Below, in pieces: positions 37,999 through 46,883 of a stretch of DNA of 64,000 nucleotides (within the stretch, counting starts at the first letter, position 1; each line of letters opens with the position of its first letter). Made by a program: the position numbers and the translations under genes. The notes beneath the pieces are model-generated. The model was not told where the DNA came from, ran no database searches, and saw only the letters and a list, made by a program, of their open reading frames with translations. This DNA is from a virus. The stretch is from positions 16,915 through 80,914 of the IMG/VR virus record IMGVR_UViG_3300026382_000175. One strand, written 5' to 3'.

Positions 37999-38851
37999 CC
38001 ATTACCACTTTATAGATGGTAATTACCTTATGCATCGTTCTATCCATAAAGGTCAAGGATTAACTCACAATAATATTTTTACAGGAGGAGCTTACATCTT
38101 CCTTAGAACCCTTTTTTCTATTGGAAGCTTATCCAATATGATAGTAGTTTTTGATGGAGGTCACTCTAAAAGGAGGAAGCAATTATTAGAAACCTACAAA
38201 GTTAAGGAAAAGCATGACGATGAGTTTAGACAACAGTTCTCTACTACTCAGAAAATTCTAAAAGAGATTTTGCCTGCTTTAGGTATAGCTGTGGTTCAAA
38301 TTTCAGAGCAAGAGGCTGATGATATTATCTATTGGCTTACTACTAGGTTTTATCAAGGTAAGTCAACAGTCCATACTGATGATGAGGATTACCTACAATT
38401 ATTACAATGGAATGTTAAAGTTCACAGGCCTATGAAAGGAGAGTACTACGAATCTGAACAAGATTTTATAGACAAATATGGTTACCATTCTAAATACCTA
38501 GCTTTAAAGAAAGCTCTAATGGGAGACTCTTCAGACAACATTCCTGGAGTTAGAGGGATAGGAGACAAGAGAGCTACCCAGATTGTTAAGGAGATGTTTA
38601 AGCTAAACCTAGAACCTGAAATTCCTAACTTGGAGAGTTTAGTTAAACAGAGGAAGGAAACTTGGGCTAGGAAGGTATTAGATAATCTAGATATAGTAGA
38701 AAGAAATCTAAAGCTGATTGACTTTAGGTATGTTGACTTAGCTGATGTTAACATTCAGTTAGACTTCACTAAGAAAGATTTAATGTTAGCTACTAGGTTA
38801 TTTGGTAAGTATGGGTTTAAGAGTTTGTTATCCAAGTTAGTGGAGGTATAG
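37991..38851 (+). CDS. 5'-3' exonuclease / flap endonuclease (T4 RNase H-like)
   Basis: IDGN, VFDGG, EADD, GDSSDNIPGVRGIG. Confidence 0.92.
   Translation: MNNHYHFIDGNYLMHRSIHKGQGLTHNNIFTGGAYIFLRTLFSIGSLSNMIVVFDGGHSKRRKQLLETYKVKEKHDDEFRQQFSTTQKILKEILPALGIAVVQISEQEADDIIYWLTTRFYQGKSTVHTDDEDYLQLLQWNVKVHRPMKGEYYESEQDFIDKYGYHSKYLALKKALMGDSSDNIPGVRGIGDKRATQIVKEMFKLNLEPEIPNLESLVKQRKETWARKVLDNLDIVERNLKLIDFRYVDLADVNIQLDFTKKDLMLATRLFGKYGFKSLLSKLVEV
38615..38642 (+). promoter_or_regulatory. intragenic CCTGAA-N16-GTTTAG promoter
   Basis: Exact consensus inside the flap nuclease gene, upstream of helicase and polymerase. Confidence 0.7.
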
Positions 38852-39301
38852 ATGGAACTAATAAGAGAGTTGTTAGATTTATTAGACCAGTTAGAAGAAG
38901 CTAATCAGATTAAAAAGCAAACTCAAGGTTTATGGGATCAGATACTAAGCCATATGGTTAAGTTATACCTCTTTGAGAAAGATGACGATAAGAGAAAACA
39001 CATCAAGGATATTACAGTTTGGGCTAAAGACATTTTGAGAAAACTTAAGAGGAGTAGCTCTAACATTTCTTATGGTAAACTGTACGATTGGTATGATTTA
39101 GATAGAATTGAAGAAAACATTAGAGATGAAATTCTCTACTGGAAGTCTGAGTATCTTTCTGAACCAGTTAGAAGTGATGAAGAGGTTATTGACATTGTTA
39201 AGACTAAAATGATGAAGTTGTTAAGATGCCTAAGCGATAAAAGTTTAAACTGTGTTCTTGATTGGAGAGACCAGATAAAAGATGATTTGAAAGTTTGGTA
39301 A
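38852..39301 (+). CDS. DUF29-like paralog 2
   Basis: GLWDQILSHMVKLY; aligns along its length with 30483. Confidence 0.6.
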   Translation: MELIRELLDLLDQLEEANQIKKQTQGLWDQILSHMVKLYLFEKDDDKRKHIKDITVWAKDILRKLKRSSSNISYGKLYDWYDLDRIEENIRDEILYWKSEYLSEPVRSDEEVIDIVKTKMMKLLRCLSDKSLNCVLDWRDQIKDDLKVW

Positions 39302-39326
39302 ATAACAATTAACAAAGAGGTTCAGG

Positions 39327-40619
39327 ATGAGTGAGAAACCCAAGCTTTATTCAAAGGAATTCCAATTTCAGGTTCTTTGTGCTTTAGTACAAGACCCTCT
39401 CTTTAGGTTAGACTTTTTAATGCTCTTAAGTCAAGAGATGTTTGAACCTCCTTACAACTTGTTCTTCCAAGTCCTTCAGAGTTTATCTCCTGGTGAGAAC
39501 TTTCAACCTAAGCAATATCTGTTAGAGATAACCAATTACTTAGTTCAGGTTGGATTAGATGATGAAAAGCAGAGAGAAATCATTTTAGAAGCTAAAAGGC
39601 TTTTTAAAGAGTCTGTAGATGTTTCCTATGTAAAGGAAAGAGTAATCTACTTCCTTAAAGAGGTAGAAGTAAAGAGCTTTCTATCCGAGATTCCAAGATT
39701 GGTTATGGAGGGTAAAGTAGGTTTTGTATTAGAAAAATTTGAATATATAAGTAGTATAGGAGCCTCTACTAGTAATGCTGTTAGCTTAGGAGACTTGGAT
39801 TTAGTTAGAGAGGAGCTAATAAAAAGGTACTCTCCTAGTGTATTAGTTTCAACAGGATTCCCTACCTTAGATAACATTTTCTATGGAGGATTTGCTCCAG
39901 GAGAAATACATGTAGTTCAAGCTCCTCCTAAAGCTGGTAAATCTGCTTTAGGAGTTAATGTAGGAGCTATTAATGTTTTGTTAGGAAAGAAAGTTTTGCA
40001 TGTTACTTTAGAGTTAACTCACTATGAAGTACTTATGAGGTATGTTCAAAGAATAGCTAGTATTAGCTATACAGATATACTTAAAATGGAAGAAGATGAA
40101 TGGAACTTACTAAAAGAAAGGATTTATAATCAAGTTTTGAAAGATTATCTCTTTGTGCTCTACTATCCTGAGAAGTCTGCTTCAGCTATGGAAATTCACA
40201 GTTGGTTAACTAGGCAAAAGGTAGTAAGGGAATGGAAACCTGATTTCATAATTATAGACTACGACGATTGTTTACTACCTTCAACTGGTAGTAAAGATAG
40301 CTTATATGAAGACTCAGGAGATATTTACTCAGACTTAATCAAATTAGCTGTAAAGTGGGATGTTCCCATCCTAACTTTTTCTCAACCAGTAAGAGATGCT
40401 TGGAGTAAACCTGATAAAGGAGAACCAATAGAACCTAACGACCTTGCACATTCAGCAAGGAAGGCTCACAGAAGTTGGAGTATTAGTTCACTGAACTTTA
40501 AAACAGGTTCTGAAGAAGGTTTCTTCTATCTTGGGTTTAACAGGAGAGGTAAGAGTGGAGTAAGAATTCCACTAAAAAGGAAGCTAGAAATTATGTATAT
40601 GGGGGAGATACAATCGTAA
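39327..40619 (+). CDS. replicative helicase (DnaB/gp41-like)
   Basis: STGFPTLD, APPKAGKS, TLEL, IIIDY, TFSQ. Confidence 0.9.
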   Translation: MSEKPKLYSKEFQFQVLCALVQDPLFRLDFLMLLSQEMFEPPYNLFFQVLQSLSPGENFQPKQYLLEITNYLVQVGLDDEKQREIILEAKRLFKESVDVSYVKERVIYFLKEVEVKSFLSEIPRLVMEGKVGFVLEKFEYISSIGASTSNAVSLGDLDLVREELIKRYSPSVLVSTGFPTLDNIFYGGFAPGEIHVVQAPPKAGKSALGVNVGAINVLLGKKVLHVTLELTHYEVLMRYVQRIASISYTDILKMEEDEWNLLKERIYNQVLKDYLFVLYYPEKSASAMEIHSWLTRQKVVREWKPDFIIIDYDDCLLPSTGSKDSLYEDSGDIYSDLIKLAVKWDVPILTFSQPVRDAWSKPDKGEPIEPNDLAHSARKAHRSWSISSLNFKTGSEEGFFYLGFNRRGKSGVRIPLKRKLEIMYMGEIQS

Positions 40620-40634
40620 AGAAGGAGGATAATA

Positions 40635-40898
40635 ATGGTTAAGTATATTCAAGTAATTCCTACTGAAAAACTACTTTCAGCTATTATGCAAGGATACAGA
40701 ACTATTACTGGAAATCCTCTAGTAATAGCTAAGTATTTCTCTAACATTGAAGTTTGGATTACTAATTCCTTGAAGGAAGGGTTGAAAGAGGTTGAAATTA
40801 ATTTACCTCTTAATGAGAAGTGGAAGTTTGGTATGTATAATGACAAAAAGTTTTATGTTAAGAATGATGAAAAGAACTATTTAGTTGAACTTAAGTAG
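40635..40898 (+). CDS. hypothetical protein
   Basis: 87 aa, SD AAGGAGG. Confidence 0.7.
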   Translation: MVKYIQVIPTEKLLSAIMQGYRTITGNPLVIAKYFSNIEVWITNSLKEGLKEVEINLPLNEKWKFGMYNDKKFYVKNDEKNYLVELK

Positions 40899-40912
40899 AG
40901 TGAGGGGGCGAA

Positions 40913-43900
40913 ATGAACTCCAGATGTGAAATCTGTAAACTTTATAAGCAATGCAAGACTCACTTTGTTAAGCCCAGAGGTAATTTAGAAAATCCTAATA
41001 TTATAATAGTAGGAGAAGCCCCTGGGTGTGTTTCTGGAGACACATTAATAGAAGTTGCTTTTAGGGATGTATCCAAATATCCAAAAGGAATACCTATAAG
41101 AGAGTTAGTGGGGAAGAAGGACTTTTATGTCTATTCTTATGATATTGAAAAAGATAGACTGGTTCTTGGGAAAGTTAAGAAGGTATGGAAGACTGGAACG
41201 AAAATGACTTACAAGGTTACTTATAAGTGGAAAGCTGCTACTCAAGACGGTGAGGTGAAATGGTTTGAAGATTCTATTATTGTAACTTCTAATCATAAGT
41301 TCTTACTTAAAAAAGCTAAACCAAAAGATCCGTTTAAAGGTATTAATACAAATGTGGAATATGAATACCTTTCTATTGATGAAGGGTTAACCGTAGGACA
41401 TAGTATAATGCCATTCTACAGACGCTTTTATAGTGAAAGAGATAAGCGATACACTTTTATAGGTGTATCACATGACACTATGCAACCAGAACATAAGTTC
41501 TTAATGGAGTTTTTAACTGGAAAAGATTTAGGAGGAAGAAAGTATAATGTCCATCATAAAGATGGAAATGGTTTGAATAATACTTTGGAAAATCTTGAAG
41601 TTCTTACTGTAGCTGAACATGCAAGGATTCACAAGTTAGAATCTAACCCTATGCACGACCCTGTTGTAAGAGAAAAACATAGGCAAGTTCTTTCTTCCAA
41701 AGAGTATAGGGAAAATATGAGTAGAATTATGAAAGAAAAGTTGAGGTCAGATAAAGAATTATATGAAAGAAGAGTAAAGCAACTTTTAGAAGCAGGTAAG
41801 AAAACAAGATTTAAGAAAGGTGAACTTGATCCTGTTAATTACTATAAAAGACTTCTTTCTTATGTGAGAAAAGGTAAGAGAACTCTAGAATGGGTAGAAG
41901 AGAGATTCAAATCTAAGTTTCCAGATTTACCATTTCCACCCATAGATAACCATATTATTGTTTCTATTGAACCTTATGGAGTGATAGATGTTTACGATAT
42001 GGAAGTAGAAAAGTATCATAATTTTGTAGCTAATGGAATTATTATTCATAATTCCACTGAAGATAAGCAAGGGAAACCTTTTGTAGGTAAATCAGGTAAA
42101 TTATTAGAAGAAGTATTTAGGCTCTTCAATAAGAAATTTGAAGAAGTTTGCTACATAACTAATGTAGTTAAGTGTTGTCCTTATGCAGACCTTTTTAATC
42201 CTAGTAAAGGAGTTAGGCCTCCTACTGATAAGGAAATAGAATGTTGCCTTCCTTTTCTGTTAGAAGAACTAGAAAAGTTTAAGGGTAAAGATGTCGTTAT
42301 AATGCCTTTAGGTAATACTGCTTTGAAAGGATTAGGTATAAAAGGTAAGATTTCTGAGTTAGCTGGTAAAGAACTAAAGTGGAATGGGTTTAAGGTTATT
42401 CCTAACTTTCATCCTGCTTCTATTTTAAGGAACCCTAAGTGGAAGCAAAAGTTTATATCAGTATTTGGTAAAGTACTAGACAATAGGCAAGTGGAGTGGG
42501 AGAATTTAATTAAACCTTTACAACCTAAAGAAGCTATCAACTTTTTACAGAAGAAACTTGAGGAGAAACCTGAATGGTTTTGTTTTGATATAGAAACAGA
42601 TGGACTTAATCCATTTAAAAATAGAATAATTATGCTTACTTTTTCATTTCCAAATGACCCTTATGGTTATGTAGTTCCTTTATATCAAAAAGACCCTTTA
42701 CCAGGAGATAATTATGATGTTTTTAATGTTGTAGTAGATAATATTTCTAAGCAAAAGGTATTACAACTTACAAAACAGTTATTAGAAACTATTCCTGTTA
42801 TTGGGCATAACATTAAATTTGATTTAAAATTTATGGTAACTAAAACAGGTTTGGATTTATCCAAAGTTAAAGTAAAAGACGACACATTATTTTTAGCTCA
42901 TTTTGTATTTAACAAGGTTCAACTTGGAGAGACTTTACAACTTAAAGACATAGCTGTTAAGGTATTAGGTTTAGATGGTAGATGGGATGAAGAAGTTAAG
43001 GAATATTTAAAGTCAAGGTATCGTCTAAGGAAAGATAGACATTATGGAAATATTCCAACTTCTTTACTAATTAAGTATGCTGGATTTGATATTCTCTTTA
43101 CTAAAGAGATTTATTTAGTGCTTTCTGAGAGAGTTAAAGTATTTAACTGTGACGAGATTAGGGAAGCTCTTAATAAGGCTACAATTATGATAGCTGAATC
43201 TGAAATAAAAGGAGTTAAGGTAGATAAACAAGTTAGAGATTTTCTTGACTATAAATATCAGTCTGAAATAGAAAGAGCTGAAAAAGAGTTACAGGAATTA
43301 CCTAAAATTAAGAAATGGAAAGAACTAAGAAAAGTATCTTGGTTTAATCCTTCTTCTCAAAAACATCAAAAGGAGGTAGCATTTAAAGTCTACCAATTAC
43401 CTGTAGTAGAAACAACTCAAAAAGGACAGCCTTCTTTAGGTAAGAATGCTATTAACATATATTTCTCCTCTCTTCCAGAAGGTTCAGAAGAAAAACGATT
43501 TATAGAATTGTTTTACAGAATAAAACTTTTCAAAAAATTAAAGTCAACCTACATAGATGGATTTATAAGTAGTATAGACGACCTAGGGATGTATCATCCT
43601 GAATTCAACATAGCAGGAACAATAACAGGTAGATGGTCATCAGGATGGCATACTGTTGCATCAAAGTCCGACATTAAGAGAATGTTTGTTAGTAGGTGGA
43701 AAGATAAAGGAGGACTTATAGTTAGCTTTGATTATTCTCAGTTAGAGGTTAGAATTGCCTCAAGTCTTTCCAATGAAACTAAACTCATAGAAGCTTATAA
43801 GCAAGGGATAGATGTTCATAAAAGAACTGCTTCTATGATATTTAATAAGCCTATGGAAGAGATTACTAAGCAAGAGAGGAAGATTGCTAAAACTGTTGTG

Positions 43901-44626
43901 TTTGGAATTCTTTATGGTAAAACAGCTAAGTCCTTAGCTGAGGATTTTAACATTAGCTTAGAGGAAGCTCAGCAATGGATGGATAATCTATTTGGAGGTT
44001 ACTCCAATCTTAGAAAGTGGATAGAGAATCAGCACAGGTTTGTTTTACAAAATGGTTTTGTTGTAACAGCATTCAATAGAATTATTCCAGTTCCAATGGC
44101 TTTTGAATCTGATAAGTGGAAGAAAGAGGAAGCTAAGCGTAAAGCTGTTAACTATCCTGTTCAATCCTCAGCTTCTGATTTAACTACTACAAGTGCAGTT
44201 AGACTTTGGGAGAATATGAAAAAATTAAATCTGAAGTCTGTTCTTATAGGAACTGTTCACGATGCTATTGTTATAGATGTTTACCTTGGAGAGTTAATTA
44301 CAGTTTTTAACCTTGTGATTAAAAATGCTGAAATAATACCTATGAAAAAATATGAGTGGTTAACTTGTCCTATTAGGATAGATGCTACTATGGGAGATGG
44401 AAGCTGGTTTGGAGGAATAGAATGGGAAAGAAAAGTAGTTACTCCAGATTACCTTGAATTAGAAGGAACAGGATTTGTAAGAGATTTACTGATGTTTAAA
44501 CAGTTAATGGAAATGAGTTATAATTTTGAATATGAAAAGATAGGTGAAGAAGAATTTAATGAACCCAGTCTTGATCAGTTTATTTACTCCCCTAAGAAAG
44601 AAGTATGGAGGGTTAAAATTTGGTAG
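40913..44626 (+). CDS. polA: family A DNA polymerase with N-terminal family-4 UDG-like domain and 3'-5' exonuclease; contains an intein
   Basis: GEAPG..E..GKPFVG and HPA (UDG); DIET and HNIKFD (exo); DYSQLE, KTVVFGILYG, VHDA (PolA motifs A-C). Confidence 0.95.
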   Translation: MNSRCEICKLYKQCKTHFVKPRGNLENPNIIIVGEAPGCVSGDTLIEVAFRDVSKYPKGIPIRELVGKKDFYVYSYDIEKDRLVLGKVKKVWKTGTKMTYKVTYKWKAATQDGEVKWFEDSIIVTSNHKFLLKKAKPKDPFKGINTNVEYEYLSIDEGLTVGHSIMPFYRRFYSERDKRYTFIGVSHDTMQPEHKFLMEFLTGKDLGGRKYNVHHKDGNGLNNTLENLEVLTVAEHARIHKLESNPMHDPVVREKHRQVLSSKEYRENMSRIMKEKLRSDKELYERRVKQLLEAGKKTRFKKGELDPVNYYKRLLSYVRKGKRTLEWVEERFKSKFPDLPFPPIDNHIIVSIEPYGVIDVYDMEVEKYHNFVANGIIIHNSTEDKQGKPFVGKSGKLLEEVFRLFNKKFEEVCYITNVVKCCPYADLFNPSKGVRPPTDKEIECCLPFLLEELEKFKGKDVVIMPLGNTALKGLGIKGKISELAGKELKWNGFKVIPNFHPASILRNPKWKQKFISVFGKVLDNRQVEWENLIKPLQPKEAINFLQKKLEEKPEWFCFDIETDGLNPFKNRIIMLTFSFPNDPYGYVVPLYQKDPLPGDNYDVFNVVVDNISKQKVLQLTKQLLETIPVIGHNIKFDLKFMVTKTGLDLSKVKVKDDTLFLAHFVFNKVQLGETLQLKDIAVKVLGLDGRWDEEVKEYLKSRYRLRKDRHYGNIPTSLLIKYAGFDILFTKEIYLVLSERVKVFNCDEIREALNKATIMIAESEIKGVKVDKQVRDFLDYKYQSEIERAEKELQELPKIKKWKELRKVSWFNPSSQKHQKEVAFKVYQLPVVETTQKGQPSLGKNAINIYFSSLPEGSEEKRFIELFYRIKLFKKLKSTYIDGFISSIDDLGMYHPEFNIAGTITGRWSSGWHTVASKSDIKRMFVSRWKDKGGLIVSFDYSQLEVRIASSLSNETKLIEAYKQGIDVHKRTASMIFNKPMEEITKQERKIAKTVVFGILYGKTAKSLAEDFNISLEEAQQWMDNLFGGYSNLRKWIENQHRFVLQNGFVVTAFNRIIPVPMAFESDKWKKEEAKRKAVNYPVQSSASDLTTTSAVRLWENMKKLNLKSVLIGTVHDAIVIDVYLGELITVFNLVIKNAEIIPMKKYEWLTCPIRIDATMGDGSWFGGIEWERKVVTPDYLELEGTGFVRDLLMFKQLMEMSYNFEYEKIGEEEFNEPSLDQFIYSPKKEVWRVKIW
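41027..42052 (+). mobile_element. 342-aa intein with HNH endonuclease
   Basis: Starts CVSGDT, block B VTSNHKF, HNH VHHKDGNGLNN..ENL, ends YDMEVEKYHNFVANGIIIHN followed by Ser. Confidence 0.95.
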
Positions 44627-44650
44627 TAGGTAGGAAATTTACCTACTTTG
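44625..44650 (+). terminator. probable terminator after polA
   Basis: AGTAGGTA/TACCTACT stem with a short T tract. Confidence 0.5.
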
Positions 44651-44662
44651 TAAGAAAACCAC

Positions 44663-44690
44663 TTGCCTTCTCTTGAAAAAGGCCTATAAT
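44663..44690 (+). promoter_or_regulatory. host sigma70-type promoter for the phage sigma gene
   Basis: TTGCCT-N16-TATAAT. Confidence 0.65.
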
Positions 44691-44726
44691 TATAGATAAG
44701 GAAACAAAACTGGTCAGGGAGGAGAG

Positions 44727-45377
44727 ATGAGAAAGGTAGAAAGGTTTGAAAACTCAGAGTTAAACTCACTCCAAGCAATTATCTACAAATTCTTACAGAG
44801 GAAACCTGAAAACTTAGACTTTGATGAACTTTATCAGGAACTTTTCCTTAAAGGGTTAGAGTTATTAAAAGACCCAAAAGTTCAAACTCTTAATGAGACT
44901 GAGAAGTGGAAGTATATCAAAACTGCTTTACATAACCACATAAAAGACCTTTTAAATGCTCAACCTAAAGAAGTACCTCTTTCAGAAGTAGTAGAACCTG
45001 AAAGTCAACTTTCCTTTATAGAACAAGTATTATCGCCCTATACTAATGTTAGCAAGTCTCCAATTCCAGTGGTTAAATTTATTAATCCAGAAACCTATGC
45101 TATTGGTAAGGAATTGATTGATAAAATAATGGCTTGGGCTGAAACTCAAGATGAAGGGACAAGAATTTTCTTTGAAGAGTATTTTAATCCAAGTCCTGAA
45201 GTGTTAGAGTATATGGAAAAACAAACTAATAAGGGAACTTGGAAAAATAGGAAGTTTGAACCTCTATTCTTAGCAAAGGTGTTAACTGAAATAGGTAAGT
45301 GGAAGTATAAAGATGGTAGAGATAAGTGGTTGAAAATAAAAAGAAAAATGATTAGGGATTTAGGGTTGGCTTTTTAG
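44727..45377 (+). CDS. putative ECF-like RNA polymerase sigma factor
   Basis: DFDELYQELFLK...KYIKTALHNHIKDLL matches sigma region 2; NPE linker; own promoter and terminator. Confidence 0.7.
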   Translation: MRKVERFENSELNSLQAIIYKFLQRKPENLDFDELYQELFLKGLELLKDPKVQTLNETEKWKYIKTALHNHIKDLLNAQPKEVPLSEVVEPESQLSFIEQVLSPYTNVSKSPIPVVKFINPETYAIGKELIDKIMAWAETQDEGTRIFFEEYFNPSPEVLEYMEKQTNKGTWKNRKFEPLFLAKVLTEIGKWKYKDGRDKWLKIKRKMIRDLGLAF

Positions 45378-45393
45378 CCAACCCTAAATTTTT
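45358..45393 (+). terminator. intrinsic terminator
   Basis: 14-bp stem ATTTAGGGTTGGCT/AGCCAACCCTAAAT followed by TTTT. Confidence 0.85.
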
Positions 45394-45427
45394 CAGTATT
45401 TCTTATTTTTCTAGAAGGAGGTTTAAA

Positions 45428-46387
45428 ATGAAAATTCTTTATTACTCTGATATTCATTTTAGGGAAAAAGGGTCATTTATTCCTTGGAACAGGCAAGAGA
45501 ATCGCTTCACAAAGGAGTTAAATCGTATCTTAAATTCAATGTACTGGTTATCAGAGATTGTAGAGGTTGAAAAACCTGATTTATTACTTTGCTTAGGAGA
45601 TATATTCAACAATTTGGTAATCCAATCATCCTCTACACTTGATGCTTCTGGTTTAGCGTTTTCTCAGCTAAAGAAAACTTGTAAAAGGTTAGGTATAGAG
45701 CATTGGCTTATTCCAGGAAATCACGACTATTACGGTAGGTATAACAATGCTATCTACTCTATCAGAGTGTTAGAAGGATTCTTTGATAGGGTTTTTTATG
45801 AACCTGTTTATGAGGATAATACTTTATACTTACCTTACTTTACAGATGAAACTAAAGCCTACGAGGAAATCTTATTAAGAGAACCTAAGAAAGTTATAAC
45901 TCACTTAACTTTTAATGGAGCTGATGTAGGTAAGGTTAGAATACAAGGGTTAGCTTTGCCTAAAGGAGTTAAAGCTATTTCTGGTCATGTCCACATTCCT
46001 CAAGAAACGCCTGAATTTCTCTATATAGGAAGTTTAGTTCAATTGAGTTGGGTAGAAGGTACTAAGCATGGTGTTTATGTAGAGGAGAAAGGGAAGTTTA
46101 GATTTATCCAAAATCCAGTTGGTAAGCAAATTGTTAAGATTAGCAAGTTGGAAGAAATAGATAAGTATGATAAGGATAATACTGGATTTATCTTAGAGGC
46201 TACTCAACTCCCAGACAAGTTGCCTAGTGGAGTAGATATTCAGGTTAAGATAGTAAAGCAGGCTAATAAGGAAGTACCAGTTGAATATGAGTTAGATAGT
46301 TTCCAATCTCCTATTGAGCTGTTAGAACAAGAAGTGAAGGGAGTTTATCCTGATAAGGTTAAGCTATTGAAGGAACTGCTTAAGTGA
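45428..46387 (+). CDS. SbcD/Mre11-like nuclease (gp47-like)
   Basis: SDIH, GDIF, GNHD, GHVH; upstream of an SbcC-like gene. Confidence 0.88.
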   Translation: MKILYYSDIHFREKGSFIPWNRQENRFTKELNRILNSMYWLSEIVEVEKPDLLLCLGDIFNNLVIQSSSTLDASGLAFSQLKKTCKRLGIEHWLIPGNHDYYGRYNNAIYSIRVLEGFFDRVFYEPVYEDNTLYLPYFTDETKAYEEILLREPKKVITHLTFNGADVGKVRIQGLALPKGVKAISGHVHIPQETPEFLYIGSLVQLSWVEGTKHGVYVEEKGKFRFIQNPVGKQIVKISKLEEIDKYDKDNTGFILEATQLPDKLPSGVDIQVKIVKQANKEVPVEYELDSFQSPIELLEQEVKGVYPDKVKLLKELLK

Positions 46388-46397
46388 GAGGTAAGTT

Positions 46398-46880
46398 ATG
46401 AAGAGACTAGTAGAGGAATTAATGGAGTTAATTCAAGAGTTAGCTTATAGGGATAAGAAAGAAGTTGAAACTAGATTAACTGACCAGTTTAGACCTTTAG
46501 TAGAACATCTAACCAAAATTTATCTTTACAGAGATAACTATAATCTTAATGGTTGGTTAAGAACTGTTAAGAACATCGTGGGTAGGATGATTGATATAGT
46601 ATTCCTATCCAATGTTAAGATTACTACCAACAGGTTAAAGAAGTGGTTCTATTTCAACAAAATAGATGAGTACTTAGATATTGTTTTGGATATAGTGAAG
46701 AGTGATGTTGATGAATTACCTCTTGCTAGCGATGATTATACTGTTAAGTGTTTTGTTAAAAGAAGGCTTGAAGAAGTGTTTGAAATCTTGGAGAAAAGAG
46801 ACATCAATAAGTTAGAGAAGCTGATTGAAACTATTAAGTCTGATGTTCGCAATTTTAACTACGATTGTTCTGAGAGGTAG
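46398..46880 (+). CDS. DUF29-like paralog 3
   Basis: LVEHLTKIYLY....NGWLRTV resembles the DUF29 L..HLLK..Y...W..TI motif. Confidence 0.6.
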   Translation: MKRLVEELMELIQELAYRDKKEVETRLTDQFRPLVEHLTKIYLYRDNYNLNGWLRTVKNIVGRMIDIVFLSNVKITTNRLKKWFYFNKIDEYLDIVLDIVKSDVDELPLASDDYTVKCFVKRRLEEVFEILEKRDINKLEKLIETIKSDVRNFNYDCSER

Positions 46881-46883
46881 ATA

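Noticed and set aside
25359-44778. Short minus-strand ORFs opposite replication genes (25359, 26585, 27185, 28596, 30662, 32103, 34426, 34898, 35692, 38482, 39647, 40649, 41105, 44584)
   Set aside because: Antisense shadows with no motifs or RBS
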